In this document: in pieces, positions 27,300 through 27,710 of the stretch
How the letters are laid out: each line of letters starts with the position of its first letter
How positions within the stretch are numbered: the stretch's first letter is position 1
Assembly: GCA_031416315.1 (NCBI GenBank)
Contig: JANOTL010000021.1
Location: 1-27,710 of the forward strand
Length of the DNA stretch: 27,710 nucleotides
Origin: Pseudomonadota bacterium
Lineage (GTDB): Bacteria > Bdellovibrionota_B > Oligoflexia > Oligoflexales > CAIYRB01
Direction: 5' to 3'
Made by a program: the position numbers and the translations under genes
The notes under the pieces: generated by a model
What the model was told of the DNA's origin: nothing
The model's input: only the letters and a program-made list of their open reading frames with translations
Databases searched by the model: none

Positions 27300-27710
27300 A
27301 TGAGCGAAGACAGCGGCAATGGCATCGGAGGCGAAGGCGGCGGTGACTCGCAAGGTCCGCGCGAAGGCGGCAAGCGGCGCCGGCGGCGCCGTCGTGGCGG
27401 CGGCGGCGGCAATCGCCCGCCCGGCGAAGGCGGCGCGGAAGGCGGCGAAGGCGAAGGCAGCAGCCAAGCCGCGGAAGGCTCCGAAGGCGCCGCGCCGCAG
27501 GGCGAGCGCGCCCCGAGCCCGCAAGGCGACCGCGGCCCTAAACCCCCTCGCGACCCGAATCGTCCCCCGCAGGGCAGCCATCGCCCCGCGCGAGATCCCG
27601 ACAGCGCGCCTCTCGCGGCCGGCGCCGAAGCCGCGCCGGCCGAGCCCGGCGCCGCAGCCGACGGCCGCGGCCCGCGCCGCGACGGCAATCGGCCGCCGCG
27701 CGACCCGAAC
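27300..27710 (+). CDS. Partial CDS with Gly/Arg/Glu/Pro-rich disordered N-terminus (runs off the window)
   Basis: ATG 4 nt after the glyQS stop; open frame MSEDSGNGIGGEGGGDSQGPREGGKRRRRRRRGGGGG... to the window end. Product not identifiable. Confidence 0.7.
   Translation, partial: MSEDSGNGIGGEGGGDSQGPREGGKRRRRRRRGGGGGNRPPGEGGAEGGEGEGSSQAAEGSEGAAPQGERAPSPQGDRGPKPPRDPNRPPQGSHRPARDPDSAPLAAGAEAAPAEPGAAADGRGPRRDGNRPPRDPN

Noticed and set aside
15841..27688. Long antisense or alternate-frame ORFs (e.g. 15841-17019, 18467-19717, 20469-21668, 25729-26931, 26978-27688)
   Set aside because: Shadow ORFs of high-GC genes that already have clear family motifs.
27300..27710. GGC/GAAGGC repeats as a DNA repeat array, or naming the gene rho or rne
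   Set aside because: Explained by Gly/Arg/Glu-rich coding sequence; no folded domain in the window to name the gene.
1..27710. CRISPR array, rRNA or intact tRNA
   Set aside because: None seen on reading; a covariance-model scan was not possible.

Overview
High-GC bacterial window (gene content suggests Bdellovibrionota/Oligoflexia or a related deltaproteobacterial-type lineage; this is inference). Left to right: (1) an IS66 element (tnpA-tnpB-tnpC, minus strand; one end at 2298, the other end just outside the window); (2) a ~8.8 kb tyrosine-integrase element bracketed by a 21/23-bp direct repeat (2349-2371 and 11123-11145), carrying a two-domain membrane adenylate cyclase, an AbiEi/AbiEii type IV toxin-antitoxin pair, a candidate oriT, mobC, a relaxase stub, a small DNA-binding-type protein, excisionase and integrase; (3) a signalling cluster: hybrid histidine kinase, Zn-finger/CarH-type B12-binding protein, REC-PilZ regulator and a convergent heme-oxygenase-like/globin-like fusion; (4) housekeeping genes: M28 and M20 peptidases, kefC/kefF-type pair, a methyltransferase-like gene, ahcY, sahR, glyQS and a truncated low-complexity ORF. 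The two strongest observations are a bacterial 6TM-C1-6TM-C2 cyclase whose two catalytic domains have lost complementary residues in the same pattern as mammalian membrane adenylyl cyclases, and a possible split B12/bilin (photocobilin-like) sensing locus. All calls come from reading motifs by eye; no searches were run.
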